NCBI GenBank assembly: GCA_964629305.1
Contig: CAZVQL010000001.1
Span: 1-62,330, forward strand
DNA: 62,330 nucleotides
Source: an uncultured Roseicyclus sp.
GTDB taxonomy: Bacteria > Pseudomonadota > Alphaproteobacteria > Rhodobacterales > Rhodobacteraceae
Direction: 5' to 3'
The translations under genes were made by a program, and so were the position numbers. The first letter of the stretch is position 1, and every line of letters starts with the position of its first letter. Below the pieces are notes generated by a model. It made no database searches. It was not told the DNA's origin and was given only the letters and a program-made list of their open reading frames with translations. This document shows positions 27,373 through 35,975 of the stretch, one piece after another.

Positions 27373-28059
27373 TTATTCGAAATAGTCGGCGTGTTGGCCG
27401 TGTATCTTCTCGATCGTGCTTTCGATCCGCGAGAGATGCAGGCGAAGCGTGTTTTCCGCGCCGGCCGCATCTCGAGATCGGATAAGGTCGTAGATCCGGC
27501 GGTGATCTTCCACAAGCGCGCGCATCCCTTCGCCGTCCTTCAGACTGAGCACGCAGATGCGATCCACCTGCGCCTTCTTCTCGAGGACCAGATCGAAGGC
27601 GAAGCCTGCATCGGCGACTTCGGCGATCAGCCGGTGGAAGTCTTCGTCAAGGCCGTGGAACGCCACGTGATCCAGTTTTTCGACCGCGTCGTCCTGTGCC
27701 TCGAGGTTCTTCTGGAACGCGGCGGCGTGGTCATCTGACCATTTCGCCGTCGCGACCTTGAGGATTTCCACCTCGAGAGCGAGGCGGACGAAGCGCGCGG
27801 CCGCGATGCCTTGCAACGAGAACTTCTTCACCATCGTCGCGCGCTGCGGCTGGATCTGGATAAGCTGCAGGTTGTCGAGCCGGTTGAAGGCATCGCGCAC
27901 CGGCTGACGGGAAATGCCGAAACGCTCGGCCACCTCGGCTTCGGAAATCTTCTCGCCGGGCATCAGCCCAAGGGTGATAATCTGATCATAGATTTGTTCG
28001 AAGACGATATCGGCGCTGGTGCGCCGTTTTTCGATCATGTCCATAATCTTCATCGTCAA
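27373..28059 (-). CDS. GntR/FCD family transcriptional regulator (uronate regulon)
   Basis: SEAEVAERFGISRQPVRDA HTH; FHGLDEDFH and DH...HLSRI FCD motifs. Confidence 0.9.
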   Translation of the reverse strand: MTMKIMDMIEKRRTSADIVFEQIYDQIITLGLMPGEKISEAEVAERFGISRQPVRDAFNRLDNLQLIQIQPQRATMVKKFSLQGIAAARFVRLALEVEILKVATAKWSDDHAAAFQKNLEAQDDAVEKLDHVAFHGLDEDFHRLIAEVADAGFAFDLVLEKKAQVDRICVLSLKDGEGMRALVEDHRRIYDLIRSRDAAGAENTLRLHLSRIESTIEKIHGQHADYFE

Positions 28060-28208
28060 TGACCTCTCAGCTTGCCGGAAACTAGGGCAAATGACGTGGC
28101 AAGGCTAGACCGGCGTGACCGGCTGTCTTGCCCCTGCATCTTTCAAGATCGCCTCTTCCGTCGTGGGTTCCGCGTGGCGGCCGGAAACTTGCTACCGTCA
28201 TGAAAATA

Positions 28209-28220
28209 CTAGTATACCAG
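28209..28220. promoter_or_regulatory. Putative GntR-family operator (CTAGTATACCAG)
   Basis: Near-perfect 12-bp palindrome between the GntR gene and the ABC pseudogene. Confidence 0.6.
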
Positions 28221-28294
28221 ATTGCTGGCGGTGGCTAGAGAAACACGCCACTACCCGGCTGGAAACAGCCGGACATCTGGTTTCGGAGGGGTAA

Positions 28295-28827
28295 GTGCAG
28301 GCGTCGAGTTGCAGGGAACCGTCAAGCGGTATGGCGCTCTCGATGTCGTGCATGGCATTGACCTCGAGATAGCACCGCGGGAATTCCTTGTGCTGGTCGG
28401 CCCGTAGGGCTGCGGCAAATCCACGACGCTGCGCATGATCGCGGGGCTGGAGGAGATCAGCGACGGCTCGCTGACGATCGACGGTCGCGAGGTGAACCGC
28501 ATCGCGCCCAAGGCCGAGATCGCCGCGCAGCTCGACGAGGTTGCGGGCATCCTGGGGCTGACCGACTACCTCGAGCGCAAGCCTGCCGACCTGTCGCGCG
28601 GCCAGCGCCAGTGCGTCGCCATGGGGCGCGCCAGCGCGCGTTACCCCAAGGTGTTCCTGTTCGACGAACCCTTGTCCAACCTTGATGCCAAGCTGCGCAC
28701 CCAGATGCGGGCCAAGATCAAGCGCCTGCACAATCGGTTGGGCGAAGGGATGGTCCCCTACGGCGACTATTTCTTCGTCGAGGCGCTGATGCGCGCCCAA
28801 GGACATACCGAGTTCTGCTGGATCTGA
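28295..28827 (+). pseudogene. Degraded MalK-type ABC ATPase fused to the C-terminus of a GH88-like unsaturated glucuronyl hydrolase
   Basis: TAG at 28405 inside Walker A (GP*GCGKST); Q-loop segment deleted; signature eroded (LSRGQRQC); [13 protein letters not shown] retained. From about 28744 it switches to [15 protein letters not shown]. Confidence 0.8.
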
Positions 28828-28843
28828 AGGGCCGCAAGCGGGT

Positions 28844-29572
28844 TCACCGCGCCAGCCATCCGCCGTCGACATTCAGCACCGCGCCGTTGACGTAATCCGA
28901 CGCAGGTGCCGACAGGAACACCGCCGTTTCCGCGATATCGTCAGGCTTGCCCCAACGGCCCGCGGGGATGCGCTCGAGGATCGCTCTGTTGCGTGCGGGG
29001 TCGGCCCGCAGGGCTGCGGTGTTGTTCGTTTCGATGTAACCTGGCGCGATGGCGTTCACGTTGATGCCCCTTGCGGCCCATTCGTTGCAGAGGATCTTCG
29101 TCAGCCCGGCGACCCCGTGCTTGGAGGCGGTGTAGGACGGCACGCGAATGCCGCCCTGAAAGGACAGCAGCGAGGCGATGTTCACGATCTTTCCGCGCCC
29201 CTTGCGCGCAAGGATCGCGCGCGCAAAGGCCTGGCAGGTAAAGAACACCGCCTTGAGGTTCACGTCGATCACGTCGTCCCAGTCGGCTTCGGTGAAATCG
29301 GTGCTGTCATCGCGTCGGATGATGCCCGCATTATTGATCAGGATGTCGATGGGCCGGTTCGAAAAGACATCCCGTGCCGCCATCGGGTCGGCGAAGTCGA
29401 GGCTCAGCGCCTCGGCGCTGGCGATCATCCCGACCGTCTCGTCACAGGGGGACCGTCCGGCGCAGATTACATGCGCACCCGCCCGCCCGAGCGCCACCGC
29501 GATGGCCTGACCGATCCCCGTGTTGGCGCCGGTTACCAGCGCCGTCTGCCCGTCGAGCGCAAAGGCGCTCAC
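28844..29572 (-). CDS. kduD: 2-dehydro-3-deoxy-D-gluconate 5-dehydrogenase
   Basis: TGANTGIG, NNAGIIRR, IASLLSFQGGIRVPSYTASKHG, VDGGWLAR. Confidence 0.93.
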   Translation of the reverse strand: MSAFALDGQTALVTGANTGIGQAIAVALGRAGAHVICAGRSPCDETVGMIASAEALSLDFADPMAARDVFSNRPIDILINNAGIIRRDDSTDFTEADWDDVIDVNLKAVFFTCQAFARAILARKGRGKIVNIASLLSFQGGIRVPSYTASKHGVAGLTKILCNEWAARGINVNAIAPGYIETNNTAALRADPARNRAILERIPAGRWGKPDDIAETAVFLSAPASDYVNGAVLNVDGGWLAR

Positions 29573-30393
29573 CTCAGATCCCCCATCGCGACCATTTCCA
29601 CGTCCTTGTAGTCCACGTTGTCACCCGCCATTGCCCAGCAAAAGGTATAGGCACCCGTGCCGCAGCCGCAATGGATCGACCAGGGCGGCGAGATCACGGC
29701 ATCCTCGTTCTTCATGACGATGTGGCGCGTCTCGTGGGGTTCGCCCATGAAGTGAAAGACGCGGTTTTCCTCGGCAAGGTCGAAGTAGAGATAAGCCTCC
29801 ATCCGGCGGTCATGCAGATGAGCCGGCATGGTGTTCCATACCGAGCCGCCGTGGAACATCGTGTAGCCCATGACCAGCTGGCAGCTTTCCATCACGTCGG
29901 GGTGGATGAACTGGTAGATCGTGCGGTCATTGGCGGTTTCGGGTGCGCCCAGCTTGACGCTGCCTGCATCCGAGATGGTGACGCGCTTCGCGGGCAGCGC
30001 CCGGTGCGCCGGTGCCGAGACGATGTAGAACCGCCCGTCGCCCGAAAAGGTCACGGGGCCCGAGCCCATTCCGAGGTAGAGCACGTCGCCGCGGCCAAGC
30101 TCGTAGCTGTCGCTGCCCGCGCTGACCTTTGCGGCCGCGCCAACGTTGAGGATGCCCAACTCGCGCCGGTCGAGGATCGAGGCCGTGCCGCATTCGGCCA
30201 CATGATCCAGAACGAGATCACCGCCCTCGGGCACTGCGCCGCCGACGATCATCCGGTCGTAATGGGTGTAGACCAGGCGGATCTCGCCGGCGCGAAAAAG
30301 GTCTCCGGCATGGAAATTGTCGCGCAGCGCGGTGGTGTCCATGGCGCGGGTCTCCGCCTGGCTCACGGCGTAGAGGGATCGAACGGTCAGCAT
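29569..30393 (-). CDS. kduI: 5-dehydro-4-deoxy-D-glucuronate isomerase
   Basis: YTHYDRMIVGG, RRELGILN, WNTMPAHLHDRRMEAYLYF, SPPWSIHCG. Confidence 0.93.
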   Translation of the reverse strand: MLTVRSLYAVSQAETRAMDTTALRDNFHAGDLFRAGEIRLVYTHYDRMIVGGAVPEGGDLVLDHVAECGTASILDRRELGILNVGAAAKVSAGSDSYELGRGDVLYLGMGSGPVTFSGDGRFYIVSAPAHRALPAKRVTISDAGSVKLGAPETANDRTIYQFIHPDVMESCQLVMGYTMFHGGSVWNTMPAHLHDRRMEAYLYFDLAEENRVFHFMGEPHETRHIVMKNEDAVISPPWSIHCGCGTGAYTFCWAMAGDNVDYKDVEMVAMGDLR

Positions 30394-30404
30394 GTCTTGG
30401 TCCT

Positions 30405-30713
30405 TCAAAGAAAATCGTCACGGCGCGGGGTGAAACAATCGATCAGTTCGCCCGCCTCGAGACAGCGACACCCGTGCTGAGCACCCGTGGGAATGATGAA
30501 GCTGTCGCCGGGCTGCACGTCGAAGGTGCGGCCGTCGATCTCGAACCGGAAGCGTCCGGATTTCACGTAGGTCGACTGCACGTGCGGATGGCTGTGAAGC
30601 TTGCCCTCGGCCTCTGTCTCGAACCGGAAGGATACGACCATCATGTCCGGGTTCTCGGCCAGCACCTGGCGCATCACGCCGAGATCCGCCTGGGTTGCGG
30701 GATAGGCGGTCAT
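30405..30713 (-). CDS. kdgF: Cupin, KdgF-like (unsaturated uronate linearisation)
   Basis: HSHPHVQSTYV, GDSFIIP...HG, IDCFTPRRDDFL; adjacent to kduI. Confidence 0.75.
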   Translation of the reverse strand: MTAYPATQADLGVMRQVLAENPDMMVVSFRFETEAEGKLHSHPHVQSTYVKSGRFRFEIDGRTFDVQPGDSFIIPTGAQHGCRCLEAGELIDCFTPRRDDFL

Positions 30714-30788
30714 GGGTCACTCCTATTCGCGGTGCGCCGCGCAGAGGTTTCTCCGCGGAGGGGGGTGATGGTGCTCACAATTGGTATG

Positions 30789-30896
30789 GTAGTATCCCAC
30801 TTTGGGCTGTGCAAGTTTCTATTCCCTGTCCAGCCGCGTCGAGGAAGCTTGGTGCCGGGAGCGCGTCACACTCGCTCGACATGACTGGGATACTAG
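30789..30896. promoter_or_regulatory. Two inverted GntR-like operator copies in the kdgF/kdgK intergenic region
   Basis: GTAGTATCCCAC (30789-30800) and CTGGGATACTAG (30885-30896). Confidence 0.5.
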
Positions 30897-30942
30897 AATA
30901 TTCAATTGGGCGCAATGTCGAGCAAGACGGCGGGAGGTTCGC

Positions 30943-31911
30943 GTGCAGGACGTGGCATCATCTGGCAAGGACGCAGGGATCGCGTGGCGTTGGTCGCGCT
31001 TCGTGAGCATCGGGGAGTGCATGGTCGAGGTCGCGCCCACGGGTGGCGGCACCCATGCGCTCGGCTATGCCGGCGACAGCTTCAACACGGCCTGGTACCT
31101 TCGGCAGCTCTGCAGCGAGGGGCCTTCTGTCGACTACCTCAGCGCGGTCGGTGACGATGCGGTGTCCGAGGCGATGCTGAGCTTCATGGAAGAAGCAGGG
31201 GTCGGAACGTCGCTGATCCGTCGCATTCCGGGCAAGACCGTCGGCCTCTACCTGGTGACGCTCGACAACGGGGAGCGGTCGTTCAGCTATTGGCGCTCCG
31301 TCTCTGCCGCCCGTGACCTGGCCGACGGGCTTGATGTGCTGGATGGGGCTGGGCCCGACTGGCTAATTTATTTTTCGGGGATCACCATGGCGATCCTCGC
31401 GCCTGCAATGCGAGCACGACTGCTCGAGCGCCTTGCGAACTGTCGGCAGGCGGGGGCACAGGTGGTCTTCGACCCGAACATCCGGCCCCGCCTTTGGGAG
31501 AACGCGGCAACCCTGCGCCGAATGACTGAGGCCGCGGCAGGTGTGGCCGACCTGGTGTTCCCGTCCTTTGATGACGAGGCGGCTACCTTCGGCGATGCGT
31601 GCCCGGCTGACACGGCGAGACGCTACATCGACCACGGAGCGCGGCTGTGTATCGTGAAGAATGGCGGTGGGGCGGTGCATGTAGCGGGGGCGGATATCGT
31701 GCCCTTCGATCATGCCGTCGAGCCGGTCGCGGTGCCGGTCGACACCACGGCCGCGGGCGATGCGTTCAACGCGGGTGTTCTGGCTGGGCTCCGAACGGGG
31801 GCCGAGCTGAAGCAATGCGTTGCCCTGGGCTGCGCGGTTTCGCGCCATGTCATCGCGGGGCGCGGTGCGCTCGTCGCCCTCGATCCGGTGGCGATGGGCC
31901 TCACGATCTGA
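30943..31911 (+). CDS. kdgK: 2-keto-3-deoxygluconate kinase (PfkB family)
   Basis: SIGECMVE, AGDSFNTAWYL, FDPNIRPRLW, DTTAAGDAFNAG. GGGAGG precedes GTG 30943. Confidence 0.85.
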   Translation: MQDVASSGKDAGIAWRWSRFVSIGECMVEVAPTGGGTHALGYAGDSFNTAWYLRQLCSEGPSVDYLSAVGDDAVSEAMLSFMEEAGVGTSLIRRIPGKTVGLYLVTLDNGERSFSYWRSVSAARDLADGLDVLDGAGPDWLIYFSGITMAILAPAMRARLLERLANCRQAGAQVVFDPNIRPRLWENAATLRRMTEAAAGVADLVFPSFDDEAATFGDACPADTARRYIDHGARLCIVKNGGGAVHVAGADIVPFDHAVEPVAVPVDTTAAGDAFNAGVLAGLRTGAELKQCVALGCAVSRHVIAGRGALVALDPVAMGLTI

Positions 31912-31956
31912 GCCGTGCCGCGATCAGTGCCTTGGTGCCGAACCGGGTTTCACTGA

Positions 31957-32009
31957 GTCAGAAACCGTATGGGATAGGTCAGAATCCAAAGCGGCGATAA
32001 CGCTAGCCT
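31957..32009 (+). promoter_or_regulatory. Putative AraC-activated promoter with GTCAGAAWCC direct repeats
   Basis: GTCAGAAACC (31957) and GTCAGAATCC (31978), 21 bp apart; -10-like TAGCCT at 32004. Confidence 0.5.
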
Positions 32010-32101
32010 TTCCCGGTACACGGGGGCGGCGATCCGTGGTCCGGGCAACGCGCGTGTTGTCCAAACTGTTGCCCGCCCCTGGACTGAGGAGGGTGCGCAG
32101 C

Positions 32102-33538
32102 ATGTCCAAATGGGAACACCGGAGCGTTAAGGTTGGTCTTTTCGGCATCGGCCTCGATGCCTACTGGCCGCAGTTCGAGGGGCTCGAGGCTCGTCTGATC
32201 GGCTATGTCGACAAGGTCGAGCAAAAGCTTGCCCGCGACGGCGTCAGCGTCGTGAACCTCGGCCTGATCGACACGCCCGAAAAGGCGGTGCAGGCGGGCC
32301 ATGATTTCCGGACGGCGGACGTGGATGTCATTTTTCTGTATGTCACGACCTATGCGCTGTCATCCACCGTGCTGCCGGTGGTGCGCAGGGCGGGCGTGCC
32401 GGTGATCGTCCTGAACCTTCAGCCGGTGCGCGCCATCGATTATGCCAGCTTCAACCGTCTTGGCGACCGCACCCGCATGACGGGCGAATGGCTGGCGCAC
32501 TGTGCCGCCTGCCCGGTGCCCGAGATCGCCAATGTCTTCACCCGGACCGGCATCCGCTTCCACCAGGTGACCGGCGTGCTGGAGGGCGACGCCCATGTCG
32601 ATGCCGCTATCGAGGATTGGATCGAGGCCGCCCGCGTCGCCCATGTCCTGGCGCACAGCAAGCTGGGCGTCATGGGCCGCTACTACAACGGGATGCTCGA
32701 CATCTATTCCGACATGACCTTGCACAGCGCCGCCTTCGGCACGCTGATCGAGATACTCGAGATCGACGAGCTGGCCGCGATCCGCGCTGCCATTCCCGAA
32801 AACGCGGTCGACGAGGTGCTCGATCTGATCAAGGTGCAATTCGACATCGAAGAGGGATGCGACCCCGCCGAACTGCGCCGTGCGGCGCTGACAGCTGCCG
32901 CGCTGTTCGAGATGGTCGAGCGCCACGATCTCGGGGCGATCGCCTATTACTACGAATCCCAGCCCGGAACCGTCCACGAGGACATCATCACCTCGGTGAT
33001 CGTGGGGTGTTCGATGCTCACTGCCGCAGGCGTGCCCGTTGCGGGCGAATACGAGGTCAAGAACGCGCAGGCCATGAAGATCATGGATGCTTTCGGCGCG
33101 GGCGGGTCCTTTACCGAGTATTACGCGATGGATTTCGACGATGACATCGTGCTGATGGGCCATGACGGGCCGGGGCACACGAAGATCGCGCAGGGCAAGA
33201 CCAAGATCCGCCCGCTCGAGGTCTATCACGGCAAGGTCGGCGCGGGTGTCAGCGTCGAGATGAGCGTGCGGCACGGTCCGGTCACGCTTCTATCGGTGGT
33301 CGAAACCAGGGGGCGCATCCAGCTGCTCGTGGCCGAGGGCGAGTCGGTGCCGGGCCCGATCCTCGAGATCGGCAACACCAACAGCCGCTACCGCTTTCCC
33401 ACAGGCGCACGCGGCTTCGTCGAGGCGTGGAATGCCGCGGCACCGGCGCATCACTGTGCGGTCGGTGTCGGGCATATCGCCGGGCGGATCGAGAAGCTGG
33501 GCGCGCTTCTGGATCTCGAGGTCATTCGGATCTGCTGA
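32102..33538 (+). CDS. L-fucose/L-arabinose isomerase family protein, substrate unknown
   Basis: VGLFGIGLDAYWPQF, GVPVAGEYE, GSFTE, MGHDGPGH, APAHHCAVG. Confidence 0.75.
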   Translation: MSKWEHRSVKVGLFGIGLDAYWPQFEGLEARLIGYVDKVEQKLARDGVSVVNLGLIDTPEKAVQAGHDFRTADVDVIFLYVTTYALSSTVLPVVRRAGVPVIVLNLQPVRAIDYASFNRLGDRTRMTGEWLAHCAACPVPEIANVFTRTGIRFHQVTGVLEGDAHVDAAIEDWIEAARVAHVLAHSKLGVMGRYYNGMLDIYSDMTLHSAAFGTLIEILEIDELAAIRAAIPENAVDEVLDLIKVQFDIEEGCDPAELRRAALTAAALFEMVERHDLGAIAYYYESQPGTVHEDIITSVIVGCSMLTAAGVPVAGEYEVKNAQAMKIMDAFGAGGSFTEYYAMDFDDDIVLMGHDGPGHTKIAQGKTKIRPLEVYHGKVGAGVSVEMSVRHGPVTLLSVVETRGRIQLLVAEGESVPGPILEIGNTNSRYRFPTGARGFVEAWNAAAPAHHCAVGVGHIAGRIEKLGALLDLEVIRIC

Positions 33539-34439
33539 GCGCCTCGCCGTTCCATCGCGTGGGCCTGGCCCGCCAGTCCGATGGTGGGCATCCCGCGATC
33601 TTGCGGAACTGGTTCGAGAAGTGGAAGGCCGAGCTGAACCCGAGCTTGCCGGCAATCTCCTTCACCGAGAGATCGGAATTGTCGAGCATGTCCTTGGCGC
33701 GCTGGATGCGCACCGACAGCTGGAACTCCTTCATGGAACTGCCCGTCGCGGCCCGGAAACTGCGCCGAAGGTAGGAATAGCTGACGTTCAACTCTTCGGC
33801 GACCGCCTCCATCGGCTGGTTCTCGGCGCAGCGCTCCATCAGCAGCATCCGTGCCGCATCGACCAGGCGGGCCGACCCGTCCGAGCCCGCCTCGTTCGGG
33901 GCAGTCAGAAGCGCCAGCAGCTTGAGGCCCAGCATCGACAGCACCGGCTGGTGTCCGAGCACGTCCTGCCGCGCGAGGTCGTGGATCTCGGCGAAGGTAC
34001 TGGCAATCGCCTCGACGTTGGGGTTGCGGAAGATCGGGCGGTTGATGTCGATCAGCCCGCTGCCCTGCGCCATGTCGAAGGCGCTGCCCTTGCACTCGAT
34101 CCAATGCTCGGTCCAGCCGGTCATCGGGTCGGGAGCGTATCGGTGCCAGACGTTCGGGAACAGCATAAAGACCATGCCGCCGCGGATCTCCTGTTCGCGC
34201 CGTTCACGGCCCAGTTCGGCGCGCCCACGCCCCTCTGAGATGAACACGATCTGGTAGGCTTGAAGGATGCGCCCCCGGCTGAAGTTGAAATGATGGTCCT
34301 TGGGATGGATCGCCACGGGATAGGGCGAATGGCGCCTGACTTGCGTGAACCCCGAGGATTGCATGGTGCAGCCCAGCGTCTTGCACAGCCGACTTTCGGG
34401 GATGTAGCAGAAATAGTCTTCAGGCGGCATGGCGGGCAT
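33522..34439 (-). CDS. AraC-family transcriptional regulator
   Basis: GRILQAYQIVFI, LFPNVWHRYAP, WTEHWI cupin; C-terminal double HTH (SVKEIA..LGFSSAFHFS..F). Confidence 0.9.
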   Translation of the reverse strand: MPAMPPEDYFCYIPESRLCKTLGCTMQSSGFTQVRRHSPYPVAIHPKDHHFNFSRGRILQAYQIVFISEGRGRAELGRERREQEIRGGMVFMLFPNVWHRYAPDPMTGWTEHWIECKGSAFDMAQGSGLIDINRPIFRNPNVEAIASTFAEIHDLARQDVLGHQPVLSMLGLKLLALLTAPNEAGSDGSARLVDAARMLLMERCAENQPMEAVAEELNVSYSYLRRSFRAATGSSMKEFQLSVRIQRAKDMLDNSDLSVKEIAGKLGFSSAFHFSNQFRKIAGCPPSDWRARPTRWNGEALSRSE

Positions 34440-34613
34440 AGCCTACCTTGTCAGAGGGTCGGTTTCGAAATCAAGGCGATGATTGGTGACGTGTTCGTCA
34501 ACCTGTCCATGTCGCCTGATCGCCTTCTGCAAAAGGGCTTTCCATTCACTTGGCCCGTTTTGGCTAAAGGCGTGCGCGCCGTTCTGCGTTTGATCATTTT
34601 CCATATGTTTTTG

Positions 34614-34645
34614 GTCAGAAACCGAAACCGCGGGTGGCCTACGCT
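34614..34645 (+). promoter_or_regulatory. Putative AraC-activated promoter of the ABC operon
   Basis: GTCAGAAACC at 34614 and -10-like TACGCT at 34640; same 26-nt offset as at the isomerase promoter. Confidence 0.45.
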
Positions 34646-34713
34646 TGTCTTGCGCGGTGCCGCATGACCCGGGAGGGGTTCGACCGGTCGCCGCGACAGG
34701 AGGAGGATAATCC

Positions 34714-35883
34714 ATGAAGAAGGTCTTGCTGGCTGCCACGGCAGCATTGGCGTTGAGCCTGTCGCCCGCCGTCGCACAGGATTTCCACGGATTCGACCCG
34801 GCCACTCACGACGGGACGATGTTCCCGGTCGATAACCTGATGGCCATGGTGCAGGAAGCGATGTCGGTGACGCCGCCGCGCAACGGCGAAAACTACGTCA
34901 TCGGGTTCGCCAACCTGCAACGCGACATTCCGTTCTGCGCCCTGGTCGAGGAAGGCATCCTTGCCAATGCCGAGGCCGCGGGGATCGAGGTGGTGGTTGC
35001 CGACAATCGCCTCGATGGCGCGACCGCGCTTGCGAATGCAGAAAGCTTCATCACCCGCAACGTCGATTTCGTGATCGAATTCCAGACCGACGCTCAGTTC
35101 GGCGCGGTCATCATGCAGCGCCTGAACGATGCCGGCATTCCCGTCGTCGCCATCGACATCCCGATGCCCGGCGCCACCTTCTTTGGCGTGAACAACCCGC
35201 GCGCGGGCTTCATGGGCGGGTCCTATCTCGCGCAGGCGGCGGTCGAGCGCTATGGGCTCGAGGCCGTGATGAACGGCTATTTCATCGAGGGTGAGCTGCC
35301 GCAATCCGGTCCCATCCCGGCGATGCGCACGGGCGGCCAGATCGCGGGCTTCCTTGCCGCGCTGCCCGGCTTCCCCGAGGATCAGGTGCTGACCTTCGAC
35401 AGCAAGAACACGCTCGAGGAAAGCTTCACCCAGACCCGCAGCCTGCTCAGCCGCATACCCGAGGGCGTGCCGATCATGGGCACCGCCATCAACGACCAGG
35501 CCACCACCGGCATCCTGCGCGCCGCCCAGCAAGACGGGCGCGACATGATCACGGTCGTGGGCCTTGGCGCGGACGAGGCGGAGACGCTGGTGACCGAAGA
35601 GGATTTCGTCGCCGCGGTCGGTTCCTTCCCCGAGCGCTACGGCAACTCGCTGATCCCCATCGCGCTGGCGACGCTGGCCGGTGTGGACCTGCCCGATGCG
35701 GTGCTGATCAACCACCAGATGGTCACGCCCGCCAACATCTGCGAGTTCAACGCGAATTTCGACTGTGCGGATGTCGAGACCATCGACTATGTCTTCCCCG
35801 AAGACGGGTTCCAGGCACATCTTGCCGCTTTGCGGGACGATCCGTCGCTGGCCGACGTGCAGAACCTGATCCCTGACGAATAA
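34714..35883 (+). CDS. Sugar ABC transporter substrate-binding protein (RbsB-like fold)
   Basis: Signal peptide, strong RBS AGGAGGA, GIPVVAIDIP, FGVNN, INDQ, FPERYG. Confidence 0.85.
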   Translation: MKKVLLAATAALALSLSPAVAQDFHGFDPATHDGTMFPVDNLMAMVQEAMSVTPPRNGENYVIGFANLQRDIPFCALVEEGILANAEAAGIEVVVADNRLDGATALANAESFITRNVDFVIEFQTDAQFGAVIMQRLNDAGIPVVAIDIPMPGATFFGVNNPRAGFMGGSYLAQAAVERYGLEAVMNGYFIEGELPQSGPIPAMRTGGQIAGFLAALPGFPEDQVLTFDSKNTLEESFTQTRSLLSRIPEGVPIMGTAINDQATTGILRAAQQDGRDMITVVGLGADEAETLVTEEDFVAAVGSFPERYGNSLIPIALATLAGVDLPDAVLINHQMVTPANICEFNANFDCADVETIDYVFPEDGFQAHLAALRDDPSLADVQNLIPDE

Positions 35884-35975
35884 CAAATTCGTCGAGTAGC
35901 CAGTGCCGCCCTGCGCATCATATTGCTGCGCGGGGCGACCCCACGGCTAAGATTGTTATACAAGAAAGAGCGGTG

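Noticed and set aside
28405-28407. In-frame TAG in Walker A as possible readthrough or pyrrolysine recoding
   Set aside because: It replaces a conserved Ser (TCG to TAG) in a gene with several other lesions; simple decay explains it.
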